Assembly (NCBI GenBank): GCA_013115125.1
Contig: JABANN010000203.1
Coordinates: forward strand, 1-53,327
Origin: Perkinsus olseni
Taxonomy: Eukaryota
DNA: 53,327 bases
Reading direction: 5' to 3'
In this document: piece by piece, positions 1 to 11,500 of the stretch
How the letters are laid out: the number at the start of each line of letters is the position of its first letter
Numbering within the stretch: the stretch's first letter is position 1
Made by a program: the position numbers and the translations under genes
The notes under the pieces: model-generated
Seen by the model: the letters and a program-made list of their open reading frames with translations, nothing else
The model's database searches: none
Told to the model about the DNA's origin: nothing

Positions 1-1
1 C

Positions 2-72
<71 letters not shown>
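1..72 (+). repeat. (CAA)n microsatellite, truncated by window start
   Basis: 24 perfect CAA units from base 1. Confidence 0.98.
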
Positions 73-234
73 ATACTGACGGAAATTGAAGTGGCAGGAC
101 TAAGGGAACGCAACACGGTAAGGCTGAGCGGCAGAGAACCTAGGACCTAGCACCCAGGATTCCTGGGCCAGGAAACCGGGCACCATTCACCAATTCTCAA
201 GAAAACCAATCAGTATGAGCTAGACTGAAATACT

Positions 235-2724
235 TCAAGTTTTAGGACTTTCCTTGCCGTAATGATCATCGCCAACTTTATCAATGCCTTGGTCTCGATC
301 CAGAATGAGCTTAGCATCGGTGCAGGTTACCGGAGGACAGCGCTTGGGCCACCAGTTGAGGCGACCGATGACCCTCAGCAGAGACGGTGTTATTATCGTT
401 CTCATGACGAATGTGTCAAACACAACCGCAGTGACCACCAGGACCCCTGCCTGATTGATGAGAGGGACCGAGGAGAAAAAGAGGCCCGAGAAGGCGACGG
501 TCATGATAACGCCTGCCATGGTGATAACAGGCCCAGTCTTCCAAACCCCGACGTGTATCGCTGCCTGGTCGGACAGACCATTGTCGTGTTCTTCTACCAC
601 TCGACCGAGGAGGAAGATGTCATAGTCCAGCGCCAGGCCGAGGATGACTGAGAATCCTAGAGTGGCAACCATCCAGGAAATGTCGGTGCTGACCGCAGGG
701 GATATTGGCTCAGGGTGGAGGAACTTGAACCATCCCAACTGGTGAGAGCCGACCAGCATGCCAAACGCCACAATGACTGTGAGGGCGATGGTAAAGATAC
801 TCCTCAAAGGTATCATCACCGATCGATAGGCTAGCCCAATGACAAGCAAGCATGTGGCAGCAGAAGCAGCAGTGAACTGAGGGATGCTGCTGACCACGGC
901 CGCATTCACGTCGCCGACCAGCGCGCTGATGCCTGTTATCCACACTCTCACCGTACCACCATGGACTTCGTTCAGCTGAGCGACGAGATCTCGCAAGCGG
1001 GCCAAGAAGACGGAAGCGTTGTGAGAAGTAGGGCGTTGATCCGATATGAGAGTGACCATAAGCGCCGAACCGTCCGGGCTCTCGCTCTTGTCAAACGCCG
1101 ACTGGTACGCTAGGCAGATCGGCGACGTACAGGACGGGTCCAGAAGCTGCTCGACGAGAGGCAAGGGGGGACTGAGGGGAGTCTGGCCAGACACCTTAGT
1201 ATACAGGGGCCCGACCAGAGAGCCGTACTCCTGGTCGGCCAGCAGCTGTGTAGCGATGGTTTGACATACTCCCTGGGCGACAGACCAGTAGGGCTCCGAC
1301 AGCACGGGCGCCGACGTCGAAGACTCCAAGATCAACACGTAGGGGCCGGTTATTCCAGGTGGGAAGTCCTGCGATATGACGGTGGAAACCCGTGCCAAGC
1401 TGGAGCCTCGAGGGTCGTAGTGGGAGATATCACCGGTGAGCTGAAGGTGCGCACTGGACCAACCGAAGAAGGCTGCTAGAGCCATTGCGGCGATGAGAGA
1501 CGGGACAAACGCCCATCTGTTGGTCACCATTCGACCCCAGCGAAACCACAAGGGCGGATCGAAATTACAGCATCTTTTACGGTCGCCGCTGACACGCCTT
1601 CCGCAGCAACAGGAAGGACAGTTGGCGAAGTTGGCAAAAAAATTGGGGAATGTTATGATGAAAGTCGGAATGACTGTGAGATTGAGTGATAGTGAGCAAA
1701 AGACCGAGACCATGAAGGCCAATGCTACCGAGGTGAATGATGGTATAAGAAGAATCCATGAAAAACAGGAGAATAAGACGCCCCCTGAGCTGACTATGAT
1801 GATGCCGCTAGAACAGAGCATGTCGATGCAGGCATCCCGCACGCCCTTCTTCCTGACTAGGAGCTCTTCGCGGAAGCGGGTGAGGAGGATAAGGGAGTAA
1901 TCGATGGACAAAGCCAAGACGATCGCGGCCATCATTATCGGAGACGCCGAGGTGGTCCTCAACAACAAACTAATTATGTAAAGCGTTGTGGCGCAAATGG
2001 TTAAGGCCATTACCAATGTACATAATGGTAACAGTAGTAGTCGCCACGACCTCAGGGCAAATGCTAAAACAGCAAAGGCGAGAGGAAGAACGAAGATGTG
2101 GATTAACAACAAATCACGCTCGAGGATCATGGGGGCCTCCTTGAGGAAGGCCCGGGGACCACTGAAGTGGGCCACGAGACCGACCGAGGAGAAACGCCGG
2201 TCGAGCAAATCTACCACATCCTGCTCCTGTTCGTAGACATCATCAATGCTCCAATCAGGCGGGAATATTACGGTAATGATAGACGACCGATTTGATTTGG
2301 ACATAAAAAATGTCGCCACCCCGGGTAGAACCTGTGCGGAAACATAACCTTGGATCTCAACATCTGGCCAATCCTTCCAATGATCTTCGACTGTTTTTGT
2401 GACATCATCTATCAGACCATCAGTGAACAAGTCGCCTTTCGCGTCAGCCGGCAGCTCCACCAAAAGCACCTCAGGCGTGAACTCTTGCTCTCCGCCGTAG
2501 AGTTGTACCATCGCCCGATACGCCTGGGCACTCGGGGAGTCCTCTGGTGGATCTACTCCATTGTCGATATTATCGTAAATATGTAGCGTTCCAACAATAC
2601 AACCACCGAGGAGGACCAACCAAAAGGGCAATAGGAAATAACGAAGCCTTCTCAGCAGGTCGACGTACACCTCGCCACACTTCCTCAGAGTCGGAAAAGA
2701 TATTCGACATCGTGCCGAACGCAT
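235..2724 (-). CDS. MMPL/RND-family multi-pass membrane transporter, intronless
   Basis: 829-aa ORF with two hydrophobic halves. MMPL-type motifs ALSIDYSLILLTRFREE and GLALDYDIFLLGRVVEE...TGPVITMAGVIM, and C-terminal IGRLNWWP. Confidence 0.85.
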   Translation of the reverse strand: MRSARCRISFPTLRKCGEVYVDLLRRLRYFLLPFWLVLLGGCIVGTLHIYDNIDNGVDPPEDSPSAQAYRAMVQLYGGEQEFTPEVLLVELPADAKGDLFTDGLIDDVTKTVEDHWKDWPDVEIQGYVSAQVLPGVATFFMSKSNRSSIITVIFPPDWSIDDVYEQEQDVVDLLDRRFSSVGLVAHFSGPRAFLKEAPMILERDLLLIHIFVLPLAFAVLAFALRSWRLLLLPLCTLVMALTICATTLYIISLLLRTTSASPIMMAAIVLALSIDYSLILLTRFREELLVRKKGVRDACIDMLCSSGIIIVSSGGVLFSCFSWILLIPSFTSVALAFMVSVFCSLSLNLTVIPTFIITFPNFFANFANCPSCCCGRRVSGDRKRCCNFDPPLWFRWGRMVTNRWAFVPSLIAAMALAAFFGWSSAHLQLTGDISHYDPRGSSLARVSTVISQDFPPGITGPYVLILESSTSAPVLSEPYWSVAQGVCQTIATQLLADQEYGSLVGPLYTKVSGQTPLSPPLPLVEQLLDPSCTSPICLAYQSAFDKSESPDGSALMVTLISDQRPTSHNASVFLARLRDLVAQLNEVHGGTVRVWITGISALVGDVNAAVVSSIPQFTAASAATCLLVIGLAYRSVMIPLRSIFTIALTVIVAFGMLVGSHQLGWFKFLHPEPISPAVSTDISWMVATLGFSVILGLALDYDIFLLGRVVEEHDNGLSDQAAIHVGVWKTGPVITMAGVIMTVAFSGLFFSSVPLINQAGVLVVTAVVFDTFVMRTIITPSLLRVIGRLNWWPKRCPPVTCTDAKLILDRDQGIDKVGDDHYGKESPKT

Positions 2725-3024
2725 AGGAAACCGAGGGGCAACTGAGAACCGCCGCCGCCGCCATCAAAGACAATCATTTCTACCAACTACCCACGACAAG
2801 GGTCAAACCAAAGCGAAAAGATCCATTCCGGGTTACCAGCAGCGAAGCGAGAGGTCAACGGACTCTACCAGCCCCCTCAGCCAAAGGTCGTAGCATACCA
2901 GTGATTTAGATCCAACCGAAACAACTACTGGAACGAGCTTGAAACGATCCTCGATAGAGCAATGGTAGTGCCCTCACAATAAAAGAGACCTGTGTAGCAG
3001 CCTCATCGTTATCATATTACGTCT

Positions 3025-4845
3025 TCAATTCACTGGTAAACCATTAACCTTCTTCACAACAGCCACCTGAGGAGATGCAGGGTCGTCCGAGAGGTACGTA
3101 TGGCGCCGAACCCGACCCCACCGCTTTAGACCAATCCTTCCATGCAGCCACTTTGAAGTACACGTCCGGTTTCAGACTGATACCCTTCTTGGTCGCGTTG
3201 CCCCTGAAAATCATCATGACCTGCGCTGGTGGACAAAAGCAGGAAAGCGTACTTGAAGTAGGAGCGTATGTCCACGAGGTACAGGCCCTTGAAAGAGTAC
3301 CTGACATCAGGCACCACCCTGTCCTCGCAAACCCATACGTGTCCATGAGAGCCAGAAGCGCTCGCCAATGCCTCTCACTTAGCGAAGCTAGAGAAGAGGC
3401 GTAAAATGGTAAAGTTGCTTAGTGAATTCCGAAAATTACTACGGACGAATGCTCTGCGGAAAAGCTCAACCGAGATGTATCCGCGGAGTTACGCCGACTG
3501 CTGCGGTTGTACGGTTTGATTACACTTTCACTTTGAGCCCCTTATCAATCTCCATGATGACCGCGCCGTCGGGGTCGATGAAGGTAGAGTCATTTCGGAG
3601 AACTCCAGTAAGGACGGACGACTTAGATCGGCCACCCTCCTCCAACCACCTAAGAAAAGCCAACTTCATGGACTCCACCCGTACCACACCAACCGCAGTT
3701 CTCCGCTCTCTCAACTGTGAATGGAGAATATACCACCACACTTTCGCTTGTCCTCTCACCAATCAGCGAAAGGAATTCACCGTATACGATCCGTGACCCA
3801 TTTTTCACACAAATACAAGCAGAACCCAAGCATGACCGAGGACTCACTTCAGAGCAGCTGTGACCATCTCTTGCCTTGCCATCACCTTCTCGTACTTCTC
3901 CACGTTAAGGAAGACCCCCTTCTGTGTGGGTTTACGGCCTTCATCGTAGTACCTGATAATAGACTACCGGTTGCTGCTGGTGAAGTAGCATAAAACCGCA
4001 CTTTCTTATGTCCATGAATACCATACCCTTCCACAGCTTAGCCTTCACCTTCACGTCATCCGTCACTCGCCACACAAATTCTTTCTGGTCGCCCTCTCCC
4101 GTCGCAGCCACATACCTAACCATCCCGAACTCCTCCAACATTCAACCAAGGCCCACTATATCCTCTTTCAATGGTCACCACTGCACAGGACAAGTCAGGC
4201 CACTACCCCGACTCACATGGCCTTCTCAGGCTCCTCGCCAGGCTGCACCACCTCTACCGTTGCTGAGGAAGGGCGGGTCTTCTTCTTGGTAGGAGAAGCA
4301 GCCTCCTCCGCCTCGGCTTCCGACTCTGATGAGTCCGAGTCGGAATCAGAATCCGAGTCGGATTCAGAGGACGAAGACGATGATGACGACGATGACTCGT
4401 CACTTGATGATGATGAGGCATCTAAAGGAGACGCCACAATCTGCGCCGCCGGCTGGTGGCACTGCCGGGATCCCGAAACGTTCGGGGCGAACGTATCTAA
4501 CCCTCCCACAAGTTCCGATCTTTCCCCTGTAGGTGCGGCGTAAGAAGCGGGGGACGCCGCCTACTGATTTCCGAGGCGTACACTCATAAAACACCTTTGT
4601 CCACTGTAACTACACAGCTGGTAAGAACTCTCTGGCGATCCGAAAGTGCTTCTATGATGATTCCATCGCAGGCCGATACCACAACTCACACACTTCCACA
4701 CCTGGGCCAATACCTACGCCCGGAGGGGCCGCCCTGATCTACCTTCCTCTCCTCGCTTCCGCTTGGTCGGCTTCACCGGTCCTGTTGGAGGCTCCACGGC
4801 CGTCGTGGGCGAAGTATCCTCATCATCAGGGAATATATTATCCAT
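3025..4845 (-). CDS. Multi-exon protein with an acidic/Ser-rich N-terminus and two PC4/Sub1 (p15 coactivator, ssDNA-binding)-like domains
   Basis: Exons spliced by eye give VKVKAKLWKGMVFMDIRK-YYDEGRKPTQKGVFL and KGLKVK-YSFKGLYLVDIRSYFK-GNATKKGISL, both matching the PC4 pattern FKG...DIR.YY...KKGISL. Boundaries approximate. Confidence 0.7.
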
Positions 4846-5087
4846 TCCAATTGACAGACGTTGGGATCGAACCGGGGTCGATAGTACGTAGGCGAAGGCT
4901 GATCGACGGGGACCACACCAGTTGAACAATCAAACTGCCCACCACCGATGGATCACCTACCCCCACCCCAGAGCGCACTCCCGGCGATCGATAAGAAAAT
5001 ATATGCAAGATAATGTACAACAGTTGATGAAGTATTCTGCTATTGCTGATCAGTGAAAGTGCGGCTCAATTACAATACGTCTCATCA

Positions 5088-7892
5088 TTATCCGGTCCAC
5101 TCCTCGTCATCGCTGTTATGCTTCTTTCTGCCATACGAAGGACGACCGCTGCTCTGCGGCCGTGTGTTCATCGTGCTCTCGGCTTCCGACTCAGAATAGC
5201 TGCTGCTCGCCTCGCTCTCAAATTCGCTTTCTGATGCCTGGTCCTCTGACAGAGACAGACTCAACAACATAATCCTGCCAGGAACCCCCTACCAATCCTT
5301 CGGCTCCTCCTAGCGGCTTCTCTGGGTGGTTGATGCCGGACAGGTAGTTGCTGATGCTGGTAGTGAGGTTCACTCCGCAAGGCCACCCCTGCCTGTTGCT
5401 GGAACATCGCCATTGCCGTGGAGGGCATCATGTGCTGTAGTTGGGCCACTAAGGCAGGCCTGCTAGGTGCTGCCGTTGGGGCGGGCGCAGGAGGCTGTGG
5501 TTGGAGGACCTACACGACACACTGTTAACTATACACTACTAGCGTCCTGCTTGAGCGCTCAGAGCCAACGTCCCTGGAATGTCGCGAAAATGGACCCGAG
5601 CCACTATGACCAGTTCAGCAGGTAATGGCCGTCGATAATGGAAACGGAACGTAGCAGCTATCTTCCATCATCTTCATTACTACCCTGGTGAGTATAGCAC
5701 CCGTGAGTTCTCTCGGTATCCAGCTCATAGACTCACGGCACTCCTCAGCAAATCTCATCCACGCCGCCGATGATGCCGCTACCCACTGGAGGACTATAAA
5801 CCACGATCATTATCACCTCATGACCAAAGGACACAACGACCCCACCTGCCGCCTGGCTGAACTTCCCTGTGGCATCATTACACGCAACTATGAGCGCTTG
5901 TGGTGGTCTCCTGAACGAGGACTGTTCCTTCAGTCTCGACCAATTCTCGGTAGCTCACCCTTCAGCTTGGGGTTGCTTGTCGTTCGGGCCACGGGCAAAG
6001 GCCGGATGAGCAATGACCGCTCCAGGGGATCCACTGGCATCGCCAAAAACCAAGCACGAGAGATTCCGTTCAAGATCCTGAGCAAGGCCACAACTGTCGC
6101 GTCGTCATCATTGAGACTTGACTCACCGTCAGAGGCGCCCATGTGGCAGCATAGCAGAAAGTCTGGCAAAAAGTCTTAGCGTTGGGTATGAGGATGAATC
6201 TCTCGTCGACGTTTGAGTCAGCTGGGCCCAGTAGGACGGACATCGGCCCAGCCTAAGGGGAGGAGCAACTTCAGCAGGCTATGAGGAAGGCGATAGGCCC
6301 ACCTTATCACGGCTGAGGTATCGCGGACAGAAGGGGTTTCCATCTCCTTGTGTCAAATACTCGGAGAACCTCTCGGCCAACTCTTTCTCCCACTGAAGAA
6401 GGATTCGGCTGCGTGACGAGACGAGACGAGACGGCGGATTTCAGCCAGGTTCGATTCCCGCACCCTGCACTTTTATCACCTTCATTCCCTGCGACTTTAA
6501 GTAAGCCAGTACATCATTGAGGGCTGCCTGAGTTATCGCGTCGAGCCCACCAGCAGCCACCGACGTTCCCGCGCTAGGCTGAGTGCTTCGCTCCGCCTCC
6601 TTTTCCTCCGCCGGTTTTTGCTTTTCTTCTGCATCTGCCATCTCCACATCACCTCCCTCCTCTTTCCCCTCTCCTCCTTCCCCCTCCTCCTCTTTTGTCT
6701 TCGTTCCCATCTCATCCTTGCTTTCCTCACCACCGCCCTCTTGCTCCGCAGTCCTCCCTTCGGCAGCCTTCTCAGACGTCACCTTCTCAGAGGCCAGACT
6801 GAAACCAACACACCTAGCCAGTCAGCGACAGGACGGTGGCAACGCCCCTCTATAACGGGTTGTGCCTCGGTCTTCCATCCAAAACGATGAGTTACCTGAG
6901 CAGGCAGGCCGCCACCTCTCCCCGTTTGCTGAAGAAGTCCGCTAGAAGCCATGTACCAACCAATCGCTGGCCGAGGTTCAAAAGCGGAATGCTCAGGCCA
7001 CGCTTCGTGAGGACTGTCAGAGCCATGAATCTGGAGGTAGAAACGACACTTCTGGGATTCGAACCCACGACCATTCGATTCTCTAAACTGAAGACTGCAG
7101 CAGGGCCCGACCTGTGCAATTGATCACAGTCCAGAGTCTCCGCAGTAGCCGTCGAAACGTCAGCACAGCCAGATATCTTCTGTGCGATAGCCGAGGCCCC
7201 GCTCGAAGGCGCTGGCCGCCGCGCTGTGCCCTGCTCCCGCTGCTGCTGCTGGAGAGTGGCAGCAGTCTGCTGATGTTGCTGACCAGTAACCATCCTGAGG
7301 GGCAAGAGGGATTCCTTCTGCCGTACCAAACTCGAGCATTCCGTATTCCGCGGAGGCCGGAGTTTGCCACTCACCGTTGTTGTTGCAACTGCCGTAACTG
7401 TGCCAGCCTCAGGGCTTCGGTGCTCCGATCAACCTGACGATGGAGAATACTTGAAACTGATGATGATGCAGATCGGGTATCACCTGTGCCGGTGCTTGCT
7501 CTACGTGAGTTACGGTGTAGGCCTCTTCCGGCACCTTCGCGCCGGCCTTGGCTGCTACCTGTCCAAGACCAATGGTGACACGGTGGACAATCCCTACCCT
7601 CACCTTCAAAACATCTGAACAGTATTCCTCGAACTTCTCTCTATCCCTGACGAAGAGGCCGCTGGAGAAGTCAGACCAGGCCGACAGGAACTGCGCGGCA
7701 AAGGCCGTATTGAGCGGAGGCAGGGGAGGCCGAGGCTGGGACGGTTGGGCCGATCCTGACGGGAGCTCGGCTGCTACCAATAGTATCCTCTCTTCGACGC
7801 CCTCACTCACCGGTCTGTGTAGAGCCATTCACCGGCGCTGAGGGAGCGGTCGGTGACGATGACGACCCCGCGGACGCAGGGGTGGGATTCAT
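5088..7892 (-). CDS. Hypothetical multi-exon protein with low-complexity Q-rich and E/K-rich segments
   Basis: ATG at 7892 (MNPTPASAG...). Chain of ORF fragments (7409-7828, 6892-7374, 6441-6782, 5930-6169, 5261-5449, 5088-5270) separated by GT..AG introns. No recognised domain; could be more than one gene. Confidence 0.5.
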
Positions 7893-8138
7893 AGGGCTGA
7901 ACACTAAGAGGCCCCCAGCACGCGTCGAGGCGCAGTTATAACGCAAGTCCGCAGTGTAATCCTACTGAGCCTACTCGTCTAACGTGGGTAAATGATGGTA
8001 ATCAGCAAGGCAATTTGCTGTCATCAACGACTCCCGTACGCTGGGCCAAGAACCACAATAATGGCGAGGCTGGCCGGCAGCAGCAGCAACAACAGCACTA
8101 CTACGAAGACACGCAATGATAATAAGAGTAAGAAGTAG

Positions 8139-8506
8139 TGTACCGTTCTAGTGTCCGATCCGGTCGCTCCCGTCTTGGCCTCTTTCTGGTTACCACTTTC
8201 AACACTAGGCACAGTCATGGCAATAGAGATAATACAATAATGAATCGGAGGGCGGAGGTCAGATACAGCGTAATCGATCCATAAGACAGCTAAGGGGACA
8301 ATAGTTGTGACACAGGTAGATCAGTCACGAGAAAAACAGCCACCGAGATTTGAACCTTAGCTTCTTGCTTAAGAACGTGCCGCTCTACCACTTGGGCTGA
8401 TCATCCACGAGATGCTCCGATATTTGCTGCCGTAGACCGTAAATAGAAGGCACAGATAATGGCTGCACGTATGTTGCACAACAGGGCGACCGATGAAACC
8501 GTTACA
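8139..8506 (-). repeat. 3' LTR (368 bp)
   Basis: Matches 14158-14526 except for 2 substitutions and a 1-nt A-run indel (by eye). Confidence 0.97.
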
Positions 8507-8520
8507 CGCCCCCCCAGGGA
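8507..8520 (-). other. Polypurine tract (G7) of the LTR element
   Basis: Minus strand reads TCCCTGGGGGGGCG immediately before the 3' LTR start TGTAAC. Confidence 0.75.
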
Positions 8521-8539
8521 GCCCAAAGCTTCTTTGGCT

Positions 8540-11500
8540 TCAACATACAACCCCAGTTTGTTGGAGCCAAGTCTTTACGTCTCGAGGTAACCGTCCACCC
8601 TTAGTAGGTTTAAAAACCTTCTTTCCAACTACTGCCATAATGCTAATGGAGTGTTGAGTTCTCTTTAAATCTGACCTCTTCGGTTTCCGAAAGACCCCAT
8701 TAGGGGCTTCATCTAAGCCTTGCACTCGTATATTTCCATCATCCTCAAATTTGAGGAACTGTGAAATATAAACACGTGTTATCGGCTCAGGGTTATTCGG
8801 CTCTTGTATTACTTCCGAATGAATCAACCAGTACTTATTAGTTGCAGAGGTTATTTCCTCTCCCCATGGCGCCTTTCCTTTAGCAGCATACGCCAACTGG
8901 TCAACTGCCGGCTTAATGGCATCTTCATACTGTTCTCGATCTGTTGCATCAATGAACGGTAAGAGGTGACTTAAAGGCACCGGGTCTTTCCGACCTTCTA
9001 AATAGTATATAAGGTGATTTGAATCACTTATACGTTGGACTCTATACGGTCCCCTCACTTGTCTTTTGTTATCAACCAATCGAGACAGTTTAACTTGGTC
9101 TCCTACTTTAAAACGATGGCGTGGGATCACATCAACTATGCTCTTCATCTCTGCTATCATTGCTTTTTCAGCCTGTGCAAATTGGGAGAAGGCATAGAGA
9201 TCGACCAATTGCTCATTAACAGCGGCCCACATCGTATCAGATGGCGTGTCTGTTCTCATCAAGGCTCCATCTATTCTACTCACGGAGCCAATAGTGAGCT
9301 CCATCGGCGTATATGGGACTGTCTCCGATATCATCGAGGTGTTATGAGCTAGAACAGCTACTTGCGCTGACAGCCACCAAGGTACTGTAGCCTGTCCTGT
9401 ATCAGTTCGTGCTGAACCTATCCGAATTGCTGTTTTCAGGTCTCGAATCACCCTTTCTACTAGCCCTTGTGACTGAACATGCCTAGGGAGCCCGTACTTG
9501 GCCTCAATATCCCAGTACCGCAAGAAGGGCTCGAGATATTCAGCATTCTTATGACCTCCAGCATTATCTAATTGGATATATGCAGGAGGACCATACAGGG
9601 AAATCCATGTTGTCAAAGCATATACCAAATACCTCGCGCTAGCGGAGGGCGTTGGTTAAGCAAGTAGCATGTGGGTTCCCTCACATATAATGACGCAAAG
9701 GTAAGCTGGTGCATCCTTCGCTAATATAGGATGAATATCATCTTGTTTTTCAGGTAGAATGGGACCGGCCCAGTCAATTTGAAGTGTTTCAAATCGTGAC
9801 TGCCATCGACGGCGAACCACAGGTTGGTGATTCTGCACGTCATGAAATTTATTCAATTGACATATTTGGCAGGTCCTTATATGGTGATTAGTGTCAAGTA
9901 CTTGGTTAGGCCACCAGAAGCCTGGTGTATCGTCTCGCATCCATTCCACTGCACGGCGAGTGCCACGATGAGAAGCAAGAGGACTATCATGCGCTCTATA
10001 TAGAGCCCACTTTTGTGACCTTAGTGTAGGTAGTACTACTCTATATTCACTTGTCTGCTTCTTCTCCTGGGGGTCATTCACCCATAACAGGCCATCTTCA
10101 ATTCTATAATACGGCCCATTGGGTGAACCTAGAGCAAGCGCTTGCGCCTTTATTGTTGGTTTATCTATTCCATCATTTCTCAGGGCTACCAACAGTTCAA
10201 GATACGTTACACCTTGGATCACCGAGTGGCCTCCTGTGAATCCTTCATCAGCAAGTGCCTCCCGAACGTGGTCAAGGACGTCATCTTTGGTAAGGCTTCC
10301 TATACCTGCTAATTGCTTGTATGGATCCTCCTCAGGATCTTGCTTTTGAGCAACATTGACATCAAGGGTGACCGGTGCCTCTTCTGGTGGCAATTCTATG
10401 AAGTCTACTGGCGGCGACGCAACGCCTAAGACACCTCTATGAGATGAACCTTTATCCTCTATTATCGTGCATTCGCCACTGTCTATCATAGCAAGAACAA
10501 TTGCTCCCTTTTTGGTCTTCTTGCCATTATACAGCCTCCGTCGAGGTTTCCGGGTCTCTAGCCCGCCAGAAAGTTTTTGCAAAGGGAGTGCAGATGAGCT
10601 TGCTCGACTAAGCTCATCAGCAAACGTGTTGTGTAAGCCTTTTATATGCTTGGTTCTTATATCGATGTCGTACTCTTCTTTAACTAGATCCTTGACATCA
10701 TGGATGGCGTTAATAAGACGCTCTAGGGCTACTCGATCGTAGGATCTACTTACTCCTAGCATTGATTTGCTCATCGACCAACTTACTGCGGTAGAATTAT
10801 CACAATATATAGTGACTTCTTTTATCTTTCCATGTAAGAAGATCTTCAACCAATCCGCAATTTTACAGATCGTTCTTTGGAGCGTGATAGCCTCACGACG
10901 GTTGATGTGATACTTTCTTGATTTCTCATCCCATTCACCGCAGTGTGCTTCTAGCATATTGCTATCACCGATCAGTTTTCTCCTCTGGCCTGGTCTTTTG
11001 AGTAGAGCTAGCATAGAGTAGTAGCCCCCATCCAGTCTCGGATGCGTCACAGTAGCCTATAATTTTATCGGCGTCATCTATCGGTGTGTGATGACAACTT
11101 CCATAGCCGTCTTTAAAGGCGAGCTCAAGCATTTGATTAAGATTCATTTGAGTGTTATGGTCAATAACCCATTCATGATTCCATGCCTCTGGGGTATTTC
11201 CCCCTTCACTACTGCCTCCCCAACGACGGACTCTATCCGCTATGAACCTCGTCATAGGATGTAAGCGCAGAGGATCATGCAGCATCCCGGCTGCTCTGAA
11301 CAGCCTGCGCCGAGTCACTTGGTTAGCAATTTTTATCTCTTCAGGTGATGGAGCCACGCATTCAAGTCGAAGGCCGCCGTCTTCACCCCTAGCTCGAGAC
11401 CAAATACAACCCAAATGTCTATAGCCTGAGTTGTCAGGTATATCAGTCTTCCCTTCTAATGGTCTTAACCAATCTTGTTTAGTTGAGGGGAATTCTGATC

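Noticed and set aside
10965-11050. Programmed ribosomal frameshift between retroelement ORFs
   Set aside because: The shift falls inside RNase H rather than at a gag/pol boundary and no slippery heptamer is evident; a 1-nt indel explains it
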